DNA of 63,920 nucleotides, counting the filler, from Licmophora abbreviata (Eukaryota), in assembly GCA_900291995.1 (NCBI GenBank). It is 12 parts of 12 records of this genome, joined end to end, with 100 filler letters (N's around TTAATTAATTAA, not from the genome) between each part and the next. Parts side by side here need not be neighbours in the genome. Positions count along the whole stretch, not along the records: positions 40,698 to 44,372 come from OLMU01002567.1; positions 44,473 to 46,391 come from OLMU01002568.1; positions 46,492 to 49,063 come from OLMU01002569.1; positions 49,164 to 50,214 come from OLMU01002571.1; positions 50,315 to 54,630 come from OLMU01002572.1; positions 54,731 to 59,614 come from OLMU01002574.1; 6 more parts are not named here. One strand, 5' to 3'. The notes under the pieces are model-generated. The model made no database searches and was not told the origin of the DNA. It worked only from the letters and a program-made list of their open reading frames with translations. The translations under genes and the position numbers were made by a program. This document shows positions 44,099-56,467 of this stretch, piece by piece; the first letter of the stretch is position 1; every line of letters starts with the position of its first letter.

Positions 44099-45304
44099 CT
44101 AGTTGACACGCGGTCGCTTTGCATCGCGTGCCCCGTCACCGTCGACAGGTTGCGTGCTACTACTACTCCTACTGATGGTGCTCGCCCTTTGCGGTGTATT
44201 GCGCATCTTTTCAAGTTCGGCTCGAATTTTCTTAAACGACTCATCGTAGGTTCCCTTGCGGTCCACAATCGGTTCCATGACTTGTACACAAATCGCTAAA
44301 GAACGACAGCGAGGGTTCAAAAGGCGTGTAAATACTATACGTATTCGTTCTCGGTCATACTCGGCGCACCAGNNNNNNNNNNNNNNNNNNNNNNNNNNNN
44401 NNNNNNNNNNNNNNNNTTAATTAATTAANNNNNNNNNNNNNNNNNNNNNNNNNNNNNNNNNNNNNNNNNNNNTCCCAAATACTTCGAGCCAGCTCTTGCC
44501 GCCCGTGGGGCGCACCTTGGCGAACTGTCCTGCAAGGTAGATGCAAGATATGGCAATGCTACGCGCTGAGAACTGCAGGCAGAGAGAGGTGTGCATCGAG
44601 TCATTGGCAAAGTTCATGGCGTATTGCACTAGCTCGTTGGTCATTTTGGACATGGCTTGCGAACTGGACATTGTCGCAGGCGGGGGGACAATGTATTCGA
44701 GCTGTCTTGTCTGAATGAGTTTGGTGATCTGGTCAAAGAATTTGTAGGGATGGTCGCCGCTGAGCTCAAATCCGATGGTGTGCAGGATGACACGTTCCAA
44801 AAGCAGAATTCGCTCCTTGAGCTTGGCAAAGTCTTCTCCCTTGGGATCAAGAGTTCCTGTGGTACTGGGGAGCGGAATTGGTCCCGCTCCGGACGAGGCT
44901 GTGCTGGAGGAATGATGCGGACTGGGTTGCTGACTCACGCGACCAGACGCCATGGCGCGATTCCTAAGTTTGTAGCATTCGTCAATGACGACATTGAGTT
45001 TTCGAGGCGCTTCTTCCACCTTAGCTGCGAGTAGAATAGAAGCAATGGCCAGCTCGAAGCGGTCGTGGTCGGCAAAGCTGTGCTTGGCGTAGAAGCGATG
45101 GAAGAAGACCATGGAGGTGGCGATGGCCACGCGCGGCAACTTGAGAACTCGTCCCGCTTCCTCCAGGAATCGACAGGTCTTCCGACGTTTGGCGGACTCT
45201 TCTTGGACGGTCATGCTGCCATCCTTCACCGAAGGAAGCTGAGTGACTTCGAAGGAAACGTAGTGCGACGGATGATGGTCGGAGTACGAGTGACCGTCGC
45301 TCAT
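44099..45304 (-). CDS. Cyclin T/K-like transcriptional cyclin; last exon (about 44099-44296) lies beyond the gap
   Basis: ATSMVFFHRFY, LLAAKVEE.PRKL, ERVILHTIGFEL...HPYK, A.NFANDS..T.LCLQF; TTTAG acceptor before ICVQVME.IVDRKG. Confidence 0.88.
44373..44472. other. Assembly spacer inside the cyclin T/K gene
   Basis: N44-TTAATTAATTAA-N44. Confidence 0.98.
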
Positions 45305-45809
45305 GATTCACCAAAAAAAAACAATGGAATGAAAACGCTCTCTGGAGAGTCCGTATAAAACAGTCTTGAACAAAAGAAAAGTTTCTGTATTTGGCAAGTC
45401 GAAAGGTGGAGCTGGATGCAGACGAGTGACTGTGACTCTGGGTGACTGATGCTATTGGGTTAGGGATAGAGGGTGCGCTGGCGACGAGCTGACTTCTCGT
45501 AAATGCTTTCTATGCATCAGCCATAACCAGCTATATGATATGAGTGAGATCCCTAGATGATTCATTCATGTACGAGCAATACAATTAGTGTTATATAGAC
45601 AGATCAATTGACAAGAAATATCATGACAAAATAGAACAAAATCAAGTCAACAGTTTCAAATGCTAGTAATAGGTCAACAGCATAAAACGCTAGTAATAGT
45701 AAGTGACTACTCGAGTAGAGAGCAATATCCACTACAACACGGATGTAGATGTAAACTCGAAACTTCCTACTAGTGACCAGTATGTAGGAGCAACTTGATT
45801 CTTGATCAC

Positions 45810-47507
<1,698 letters not shown>

Positions 47508-47608
47508 GGTTGCTACGTTCGGTGTGGAAGGAAGAAGAAATAGTTTGGATTGATGCGCTGCCGCTGCTGTTGATATGATAAAGCGACGAGATGTTATATA
47601 TGGGGCGA

Positions 47609-47800
47609 GATCTTTCTCGTCGTCGTCGCTGTGTGCACACACAGAGAATGTGTGGTAGTCAGGAGCGCGAATCCTACGTGGGATGTCGCTTTTTCGACAA
47701 GATTCAAGATGTTGAATATGGGACGAAAGATCTTTCGCGATATCTTTCTCGTCGTCGTCGTTGTGTGAGACAGAGAATGTGTGGATGTCGCTTTTTGACT
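47609..47800. repeat. Degenerate direct duplication (about 130-bp period)
   Basis: ATCTTTCTCGTCGTCGTCG.TGTGTG...ACAGAGAATGTGTGG occurs at about 47610 and 47742; GGATGTCGCTTTTT also occurs twice. Confidence 0.75.
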
Positions 47801-47882
47801 CTTTGACTCGCTCGACTAGATCGATCCTCATCGCATTACTTTTTACTTTTGTTTCTTTCATGAAATTGTTCCGTTCAACACC

Positions 47883-48472
47883 ATGGCGAAGAAATCAAAT
47901 GCTCAGATCAGAAAGCTCGCTGTTGCCAAGCGACTTCAGAAGGAGCGAAAGGATATCGATTCCAAAGAGGACATGAAATGAAAAGAGAGACGATGAGCGA
48001 AGCGGAAAGCTGAGGCCATTGAGCTCTTGGAGCTTCTCGAGTCGCAGTAGAGCGAACCCGCGACTGCTGAAGCCCATCAGCGGACGACATCGACTGCTGA
48101 TCTCAACCAGTCCAAAGATACACACGGACAGAAGAAACGCAATCTTTAGGTTCTCTTCATCGGACAACTTAACTACGGTACTTCGCGTGATGCACTCTTT
48201 AGTCACATCCAACGTGAGCTTGGGCAGGAGTACTGCATTCGATCGCCGATGACACCGTGCAGATTCGTCTCTTGACAGATTCCAAAACGAAAAAGTCGCA
48301 GGGAATGACATCGGTGGAAGCGTCTGATCCTGAGTTTCTATACGCATTGCTGAAGCTGCATCATACTCAATTGGATGGCAGAAGAATCAATGTGGAGAGA
48401 ACTGCTGGTGGGAAACGCAATAGCGAAGCGCGCAAGTTCAAGCTATCGCAGCTTCGGGCGGAACACCTATAG
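47883..48472 (+). pseudogene. Decayed Nop6-like RRM RNA-binding protein gene
   Basis: [12 protein letters not shown]...K*KERR*AKRKAEAI; KRNL*VLFIGQLNY; frameshift; IRLLTDSKTKKSQGMTSVE...LLKLHHTQLDGRRINVERTAGG. Confidence 0.7.
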
Positions 48473-48596
48473 CGCGGCTACGACGGCGAGATCGACTTCA
48501 CACCTTCAACTCATCAAAAGAGATGCCTAACAAAATCCCACTGCCCATGAATGGCCAGAGATATATATATATGATGATCTAACTAGCTACGTATCG

Positions 48597-49978
48597 TCAA
48601 ACTCTCCCTGCCGGCGGGTCCTCTGTCTCGTCACCCCCAGAACTAGGACCGGCCGCGGCTTCATGCATCTGAATGACCATCTCTGATAGACGCCCCCAGT
48701 CAGATCGGATCATTATGTACAGCAAAACTGTATTCGTAATTGAGTCCCCAATCACAACCGCTGATGTGCACCCCTTGAGATCTAAGTTAATCGCATAGGT
48801 GAAGAACGCCGCAAGAGGAAGTGTAACAAGGCATGTCGATATGAATTGAACGGAGTTGGCGAGCCGGTACCTTCCTTGTGCGCCGACAATGCCCCAAGCG
48901 ACGCTACCGGCTGTCATCGAAATATTGCCGATTCCGAGGAGCGGAATGAGATCTGCTATGATATGCTGTAGCGCAGGATCCGAGGAAAACCAGGCAGCTA
49001 TGTTCTCGCCAAGGATGAATATAATCGACGTGAACATGCAGGAGATGAAGATTCCGAATATCANNNNNNNNNNNNNNNNNNNNNNNNNNNNNNNNNNNNN
49101 NNNNNNNTTAATTAATTAANNNNNNNNNNNNNNNNNNNNNNNNNNNNNNNNNNNNNNNNNNNNTCTACGAAGCCTTCGACCGAAAGCGATAGAGAAACCG
49201 AGACGATACGCTTCATTTCGCGATCCCATTCACCATACGATATAACCGTGTCGATCCCTCTGAGGAAAACATTGGGTTTCCACCATGCGTTCGGTCCACA
49301 ACATAGATCAAGTTCCTCATCACCGGTCCTTAACGCGCCCTTTGGTCGCTCAATAGTATTTTGAGCATCAACCATATCTATAGGCGATATGGTCTGATTT
49401 TCAACTATACTCAGTACGGACTGCAATACAGAGAGAGAACCATCCTCGCCTGCTTCCTTATCGGCTTCCTCTTCGCGGCAGACATCTTCGGTCCAGCGTG
49501 CATGATCCATGAGGGCTCGGCGCTGTCGTGCATGGCCTCGAGTTCTGTTCTGGCCGGGAGAATCGAGTACGTCATGTACTATATTCTGCATTGCTGCGAT
49601 GGGCGCACCAAGAGTATTAGCCGGCGTGTTTTCTTTGATCTCTCCCTGCTGAAAAGCGGACATTGTCAAAGAGATACCACCTCTCGTTGACTGCGGCGCA
49701 TCGAACAAATCTTGATTCCGTAAATGTTCTTGTCTATCCGTGTCAATCTGTTCATCCTCTTCGCCCATGGGTGGCTGCAATCCATGGGCGCTGACTGGCT
49801 CGTCTTTCCTGCCCAGCAAAGATTCAATACGATGCTTCTCATAACGGCTTCCCAGCGACACCAGACAAGGCAGCATCGCATTTGTCAAGATACAGAATAC
49901 GCAAGTCGCAATTACGATGGAAATGCCAGGATCGACCGCTGTCGGCACATATCCAAGAAATCCATCCTCCCCATCCAT
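48597..49978 (-). CDS. MATE-family efflux transporter, middle lost in the gap
   Basis: N-terminal TM + long loop ending WDREMKRI; C-terminal FSSDP.LQ..I..LIPL, VGAQGRYRLA, TLPLAA..TY...DLKG...AVVIG, SDW.RLS. Confidence 0.8.
49064..49163. other. Assembly spacer inside MATE
   Basis: N44-TTAATTAATTAA-N44. Confidence 0.98.
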
Positions 49979-50214
49979 CGTGAGTCAACAAGACACGCCA
50001 AAGAAGCGCACAGAGCACCCAGAACAGTCAAGCGCTGAACGAAAAGTGAAGCTTCAGAGCGGCAAAGGGATAACGAAGAGTGACTTCATGGCTCGTCGAT
50101 TCATCGCCAGAGTTCGCATCGTATTCTTTGGGGGCATCCGACGAAACGTGACATGTGCTGTATAGTACTCGAGTACTATGTTACGAATACATCCATTCCT
50201 TCGAAGATCATAAC

Positions 50215-50314
50215 NNNNNNNNNNNNNNNNNNNNNNNNNNNNNNNNNNNNNNNNNNNNTTAATTAATTAANNNNNNNNNNNNNNNNNNNNNNNNNNNNNN
50301 NNNNNNNNNNNNNN
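50215..50314. other. Assembly spacer
   Basis: N44-TTAATTAATTAA-N44. Confidence 0.98.
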
Positions 50315-50542
50315 TACCTCATTACCCAATAGTGTGGAAACGACAATCTGGCCCAAACCTAATAAGTTGACCTTTCTTCTCTCTCTGACCTCTCACTGCA
50401 CCGACGAGAAGACGAAAGACAAGTTGTACATGAATCGAATCGCGAAGCGCTTTATCGTATCATCGACCGCTCTCTCGTGTCAGGTGAAGGAGTCCCTACT
50501 CCTCTTGAAATAATGATTACCATGGATATTTGAGCACTGGCA

Positions 50543-51331
50543 ATGAATCCGCGTAGAATGGCCCCGCGCGTAGGACCTCGATCATCTATCCGAATTGCTG
50601 CCATTGCACTATTGTTTGTACTGCTAGGCCTGGCCGATATTCGATCCTTCATGGCTACAGAGTCATCCAAAATAGCTGATGAATTACTGGTCGTCTACGA
50701 TTTTCTCCCTGAAATCGACGAACCAAAACATTTGGATGTTATAAATGTGACAGAGCTTCTGCGTCCCCGTGTAGACTTTCTTGCGATCAACCGCGTTCAT
50801 CTCCAGGGATTGGTGCACACGGGAGCATGGATCTTTGTCGTTGACTCGTCCTCTCATCTGTTGGTTTTACAGCGTGGTCATCAGTTAGTGACATGCCCCA
50901 ATGCCTGGAGCTTGGTAGGGGAGCACGCGCTTGGACGCGAAGAGCCACTCGACACCGTCAAGCGAGGAATCAACGAAGAACTGGGGCCAAGCGTCCTCGA
51001 GCACGCACGCTTCATAGCACCAATGACTACCAGCCCCGTTTATTACTTTCAAGACTATGGTCCTAGGAACGGCCGCCGGATCGATCGACAGGTGACGGCT
51101 CTGTGGTGGATCCAGCTTGACTGTCGGGGAAGAGACGCGGGGCTCGTACTGGACGACGAAGTCGCAGATCACCAATGGATATCGATTCAAGAATTGGAGG
51201 AATGGATTGAAGAAGAACCGAAAGCACTCAAAACAGGACGAAGAGGGAGGCTCTGTCACGACTCAATTCTGAGTCTCTTAACTCTCGGGATTGGTGCGTT
51301 GAAGGCGAGTTTGCGCGACCCGTTGCTTTGA
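50543..51331 (+). CDS. Nudix-fold protein (IDI/YfcD-like) with an N-terminal TM anchor
   Basis: VH..GLVH.GAWIFVVD, LQRG..LVTCPNAW, GEH....E.P...KRGINEELG, DEVAD..W. Confidence 0.75.
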   Translation: MNPRRMAPRVGPRSSIRIAAIALLFVLLGLADIRSFMATESSKIADELLVVYDFLPEIDEPKHLDVINVTELLRPRVDFLAINRVHLQGLVHTGAWIFVVDSSSHLLVLQRGHQLVTCPNAWSLVGEHALGREEPLDTVKRGINEELGPSVLEHARFIAPMTTSPVYYFQDYGPRNGRRIDRQVTALWWIQLDCRGRDAGLVLDDEVADHQWISIQELEEWIEEEPKALKTGRRGRLCHDSILSLLTLGIGALKASLRDPLL

Positions 51332-51682
51332 TGGAATTGACCTGCTTGCTTGACCACAACCGGAGACGATGCAACCTTCTTAGTAGGCACCGACCAGACG
51401 CTTACTATCGCCGCGATGGTATTTCTACCGAGTTGTGTACCTCCTAGTAAAGTTTGATCGAAACATCATGATAGCGTGAAGTAGAAGAGTACAATGCATA
51501 TTGCGGACGGACAGACTGTCGCGCGCAAAGTACGAATACAAATTGAAAATACGGCCCCGCCGTTCTCACTGTCGGCCCATGTGCCCATGTTCCATGTGCG
51601 CAACGACGAGAGACCGCCTCCTTTCTTGCACGTCGCGGTGTCTCTTGAGACAAAGCTGAAAGTTGAGCAATTTGATTAAGTA

Positions 51683-53040
51683 ATGAGTACAGCAGAAGAA
51701 AAGTGCACGTACGTTGAGTTCTATTCTGGGATCGGAGGCTGGACTATGGCGTTGAATGAAGCTTTGAATTGGTATCTTCTTGACTCCACCCAGTGTCGCA
51801 GAATAAGCCTGCGGCGACTAGCCGCACTGGACCATTCCGATCTTTGTCTCGACGTTCTGCAGCACAACTTCCCAGACAAGGCAGATCGATCTTCGGGGAT
51901 GAAACGGAAAAGACCGCAAACAATGTCGATTGAGCGGGTGACCCTTTCTCAGGCAGAAGAGTGGAAGGCCGATATTTGGGCAATGAGCCCGCCTTGTCAA
52001 CCACATACTCGGCAGCATACCAACCAAGACGGGGAGATGGAAGATCCTAGATCAGCAAGCTTTCTTCATATCTGCGACTTGCTAGACTGCATGGACGAAC
52101 GCCTACTACCGAGGATTCTTTTGCTGGAGAACGTGGTAGGCTTTGAATCGGTATGTCGATTTCACGTCTGCTCTATGGTGGTGTGTTTACCTTGACGCTT
52201 GCTCACGAAGTCAACTTGTGTTGATCTAAGTCCCAAAGCTGTATTAGATGGAGAGACGTCTTGTCTAAACGTAGCTATACCGTTGCACACTTCCATCTGA
52301 CGCCGACGCAGGTGCAGATTCCCAACGATCGACCTCGATACTACTGCATCGCTGTACGCTCCGATTACGTCGTGGTTGATTCGGATCGATCATCGCTTCG
52401 GCGTTTCGTTACCGAGGAAGCTGAAATAGGAGGTGTGGTGTCTGATCTGAGAACCGAGATCAGCGAATTGGGTGTCGTACCTGTTCAATCACTCGAATCG
52501 GGGACGCAGGTGCAGACGGAAGGTTTCCCCTCTATTTGTGAGTTCATCGATCAAGAGGCGAAAGATGTAGAAAGTCTGAGGGTTCCTAGCAAGCTGCTGG
52601 GTAGCAGTGCATCTTGGTGTTTTGACATTGTGACACCGGATGACAAACGTACGGCTTGCTTCACGAGCTCATACGGAAAGTTCATTCGGGGAACTGCCAG
52701 CGTTCTTTATGAGCCCGCCCAAAAGGCAGCGCATGACGGAGGTCACTCCACGAGGTTTCAGCTGGTGCCCCCAGAAGAACGCGAGTTCAACCCCAAGTGG
52801 TCTGAAGGGCTCGATCTCAAACACCGCCTACGTTACTTTTCCGGGCGAGAAGTGGCTCGCTTGATGGGCTTTCCAGAGGCGGAGACGGCAATCGGCACCC
52901 CTGCTGCATCATTTTCTTTCCCCGAGAAGTGTACGAAAAAACAACAATGGAAGCTGCTGGGAAACTCACTTAACGTTCGTGTAGCAGCGCGTGTCGCTGA
53001 ACTAGCGATCCGCCTTGTCGACTGGGACAAGCTTCGATAA
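51683..53040 (+). CDS. DNMT2: DNMT2/TRDMT1 tRNA (cytosine-38-C5) methyltransferase, 2 exons (intron about 52151-52230)
   Basis: EFYSGIGG, MSPPCQPHTR, LLENVVGF, PNDRPRYY, DNMT2-specific CFTSSYG, LRYFS.REVARLMGFP, LLGNSLNV. Confidence 0.93.
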
Positions 53041-53136
53041 TACCGGACGATATTACCTTTGATGCGGCCTATGGGCTCGACTGCACCAGAGACGATTGGG
53101 ATACATCTCCGCGTCTATAAATGGGCCAATCGCTAA

Positions 53137-54027
53137 CTACGCTTGCTTACCCCTGCTCGCGTATGGGTGAGGCCATTCTTCGAGGTTCTTTTTGTCAAAG
53201 ATGTTGACCCAGTTCTTTTTCTTGTACAATCTGATGAGAAGTCGCTTCGGCTTCGACACTGTTCGCACCGCGTCAACGTCGCCATAGAGCACGGGAATGG
53301 ACAGTTGATACGTAATCTCATCTCGAGTTTCTAGCATAACTAGCAATCCTTTCTTGGAGTCGACTAGCTTGGCATCGACTGTGACGATCTGTTGTTTCAT
53401 TTGCTGCCACGGTAATGCGTCGTTCTGTTCGGCTGGCAACGTATCTATGCGTATGGTTGCTATCCCATTAGGATCACCTGGATCGTCCCACAAGTACTTG
53501 ATTATCTTCCGCGCATTCTTCTTTGTGCGGACCACGGGCTCGCTAGGCGTTGACGTCGGAATTCGACCTACCGGTATCTCCAGTTCCAGGCTTTCGTTTG
53601 TTATTTTGGGTTCGTTCGACACGGGTTTTCCCGACTTTCTCAACAGACGGGGCTGATTCATGGTGTAGTCCTCCATTCGCAAACCATCTGCATAACCACC
53701 TTTGGCGTTTGAGTTGTTGTGTGCATAGTAGTAGCTAGATCCAAAGGGACGATCTCCATGTCCGGCACGTCCTGCTGTCGAGATCGACGCTGCTGTGCTA
53801 TTGATGCTCCGCCTTCCTCCCCAGATATCCTTCAGGGGTCTTGCGTCGAGCGATCTGTCGCCTTTCGAAGACGTCAACTCGTCCAGCCAACTAGACCCTC
53901 TCGACATCGACTTGTTGCGCCAATATATTACCGCGACCGCCCAAGACACAATCAAGGCGACGGTCCCGGCCATCAGCGTCATAGAGCCATACTCCCCGGG
54001 AAGCCACGAATGACCGTAGATCTCCAT
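53137..54027 (-). CDS. TM-anchored protein with an SSYYYAH motif and a CS/CacyBP-like C-terminal domain
   Basis: Hydrophobic N-terminus; IIKYLWDD...TIRI, YQLSIPVLYGDV...K.KRLLIRLYKK resembles a CS (p23-like) domain. Confidence 0.55.
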   Translation of the reverse strand: MEIYGHSWLPGEYGSMTLMAGTVALIVSWAVAVIYWRNKSMSRGSSWLDELTSSKGDRSLDARPLKDIWGGRRSINSTAASISTAGRAGHGDRPFGSSYYYAHNNSNAKGGYADGLRMEDYTMNQPRLLRKSGKPVSNEPKITNESLELEIPVGRIPTSTPSEPVVRTKKNARKIIKYLWDDPGDPNGIATIRIDTLPAEQNDALPWQQMKQQIVTVDAKLVDSKKGLLVMLETRDEITYQLSIPVLYGDVDAVRTVSKPKRLLIRLYKKKNWVNIFDKKNLEEWPHPYASRGKQA

Positions 54028-54499
54028 CGCTCAAGAGTCATCAACCCAGATGATGGAGAGATGCACAGTAGAAGTGATAGACTGACAAGACGCTGAAGTA
54101 GAAAGAACACAGAACTGAACGTGTTGACATACACACATCATGGTACTTGTGGTAATCGTCTCGTCCGCAGTACTAACGCACTTCACTGACGTCACAGTGG
54201 CCGCGTGATGATTTTTTTCAGAACGTTCAACCATGACGAGAGAGGCACGAGTCTTGCGTTTGGCGTGTGTGACTAGCGGTGCAGTCATCGTCAGAAGCAT
54301 ACGTTTCAGAGCGCTTTCCGCTTCAGCTGGAGACATCGCCACGGGCACCGGAGCTAAGCTCAATATAGAGTCAAAACTAGTAATGTGGCAACTGTCTGAT
54401 AAAGTGTTTTACCACCATCAACGCTGTCAACTAAATCGGGACTCTTCGACCTATTCATCCAACCAAAGAGCACTATCTCTTTTTTCTCTCTCTCGTAAC

Positions 54500-54630
54500 C
54501 TAACCAATCAATATCTGGTTCTCTTCCACAAACTTGTACGGGGGGATCTCCAAGTTGAGCGGCGCCGGTCCCTTTCGAATACGTCCGCTCACATCGTAAT
54601 GCGATCCATGGCAGGGACAGAACCACCCAT
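54500..54630 (-). CDS. UQCRFS1: Cytochrome bc1 Rieske iron-sulfur protein, C-terminal fragment (rest lost in the gap)
   Basis: Not in the ORF track. Manual translation: [42 protein letters not shown]. Confidence 0.95.
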
Positions 54631-54730
54631 NNNNNNNNNNNNNNNNNNNNNNNNNNNNNNNNNNNNNNNNNNNNTTAATTAATTAANNNNNNNNNNNNNN
54701 NNNNNNNNNNNNNNNNNNNNNNNNNNNNNN
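54631..54730. other. Assembly spacer
   Basis: N44-TTAATTAATTAA-N44. Confidence 0.98.
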
Positions 54731-54732
54731 CT

Positions 54733-55077
54733 TCTACAAAAGACAAAGAAGCAATTGTCAAGTGGATCTCGGACGTACTTATCCTGAGTGAGTCGAGCGT
54801 CAGTCTTGATCAAACCAAGGATCTTGATTCCTCTGGCGTACCTGACCAGGCATCAACTGCGGACGGCGTGTCCTCCCTTGTGACATGCGCAATCACCTTC
54901 CGAAGAAAGAGCTCCTACTCTTTTGTCTCGGAAAGTGGGGACCTGTCCGATTCATCTTTTGAAGCCAAGACGTCGTGTGAATCTCTATCGGATGTCCGGA
55001 GCTCGGCCAACTCCACGAATGGCTTTGCGGAATGGATGGAGCGCAAGCGACGAAAGGTAAATCCATCAATCGACTGA
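54733..55077 (+). CDS. Possible C-terminal fragment of an unknown protein
   Basis: Frame open from the gap edge (STKDKEAIVKWISDVL...) to ...WMERKRRKVNPSID*. Confidence 0.4.
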   Translation, partial: STKDKEAIVKWISDVLILSESSVSLDQTKDLDSSGVPDQASTADGVSSLVTCAITFRRKSSYSFVSESGDLSDSSFEAKTSCESLSDVRSSANSTNGFAEWMERKRRKVNPSID

Positions 55078-55572
55078 GCTTCGTCACGATGAGCCGCACC
55101 AATAACTATACTTCGAGACAAACGCAGCTTCCCAGACAGACCTAAAAGCAGGGAACAAGCATGGCTGAGCCAGCTGGACTAATCCAGCTCGACAGCGGCG
55201 ACCATTGTTCTACCAGTGTCGTGGAATTTTGCAATTAGAACATCCACCGCTGTTTTGCGACTCTGAAACTGTAGCTGTAAATATACTTCCTAATACCCCA
55301 CCCTTTTGCAGTTGTAATTGCGCCGATTGCTTGCAACCAACAACGCCAACTACTTATGTGCTTCCCCGCGGCGTCGCATACTCAATCGCTGGTGCATTAT
55401 CGAGAGTGAGCGTTTCGAATCCAACAGATGAGAGACAGCCTTATAGTCTACCTCACGTCACTAGCACAGCAACAACAGAAAAGTGCGCGCGCGCCGTAAC
55501 GCGATATGAGATGTGTGAGCATGCTGTGGTGGTGTTCCGCATAACGTTTCAACACATTGACCATGGGAGGCG

Positions 55573-56412
55573 ATGACGTACCGAAGGCGCATCGCTGCCA
55601 TACTTTTGTTGCTTAATTGCTTCGTTTCTCATGCGTTTCACGATCCTCTAGAGAATACCGCCAGCAAGTCGAGCAGCAGCACCCAGCAAATTCGGAATAT
55701 CGAAAATAGCATTGCGAGATGGCAGGCCCAGCACCAAGAGAAGCGACCTTTTGTCACCTTGACGTTTGCGCAATCGTTGGATGGGAAGATTGCGATCCAA
55801 TCTGACTCGGATGATTCCACTCCTAGCGCCAATCTGCTCTTGAGCGGACCGGAGTCTCAACTCATGACGCACGCACTCCGCTCCATGCATGATGCGATCC
55901 TGGTCGGCGGCCGGACACTGTCCGTTGACAACCCTCGGCTAACAAATCGGCTCTGGAACGGAGGTCGCAATCAGCCACTTCCCATTGTGCTGGATGGTCA
56001 GTTGAAACACACACGCAAACTGGGGCTTAATCGAAGAGTGGCAAAGGCCGTAGTCTGTTGTTCGGAGACGGCGGCAACGGATGGCTGTATAGACTCGTCG
56101 TTGCAGCTCCTACCATGCCGATGCACAGAAGACGGCAGATTGGACCTTGAAGACGTCCTGCAGAAACTCTATCAAGTCTACGGCCTTCGGAGTATCATGG
56201 TTGAAGGAGGGGCGTCGGTTTTATCGGCGTTCCTCCAACACCAGCTAATCGACTGTCTCTGCATTACCATTGCTCCAAAGCTTATCGGAAACTATCGCGG
56301 ATTGGCGGCCTTTTCCGACACTTCGACAAAAGAGGACGACAAAGAGACTTCTCACTCGGTATTCCTACCTTTGGGACGCGATTGCATATATCTGCGACAC
56401 ACTCGTCTATAG
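55573..56412 (+). CDS. RibD C-terminal / Rib7-type pyrimidine reductase (riboflavin pathway), probable plastid presequence
   Basis: RPFVTLTFAQSLDGKIA, THALRSMHDAILVG..T...DNPRL, SIMVEGGA, TIAPK.IG; signal peptide ending SHA-FH. Confidence 0.88.
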   Translation: MTYRRRIAAILLLLNCFVSHAFHDPLENTASKSSSSTQQIRNIENSIARWQAQHQEKRPFVTLTFAQSLDGKIAIQSDSDDSTPSANLLLSGPESQLMTHALRSMHDAILVGGRTLSVDNPRLTNRLWNGGRNQPLPIVLDGQLKHTRKLGLNRRVAKAVVCCSETAATDGCIDSSLQLLPCRCTEDGRLDLEDVLQKLYQVYGLRSIMVEGGASVLSAFLQHQLIDCLCITIAPKLIGNYRGLAAFSDTSTKEDDKETSHSVFLPLGRDCIYLRHTRL

Positions 56413-56467
56413 AACCATCATGTATGTTGTAATTTCGCTGATGCTACGTACTTGTTGCACAATATAG

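Noticed and set aside
47508..47861. 118-aa N-terminal extension of GPI in the ORF track
   Set aside because: It derives from the duplicated upstream sequence and has no targeting features; MSKVDVG at 47507 fits the normal start.
51683..53040. C5 methyltransferase as part of a restriction-modification or defence system
   Set aside because: It has the DNMT2-specific CFT motif and an intron, and there is no cognate nuclease. It is an ordinary eukaryotic tRNA methyltransferase.
55164..55196. Hairpin AGCTGGA-CTAA-TCCAGCT
   Set aside because: Short stem in an intergenic/3' region, with no recognisable ncRNA or terminator context in a eukaryote.
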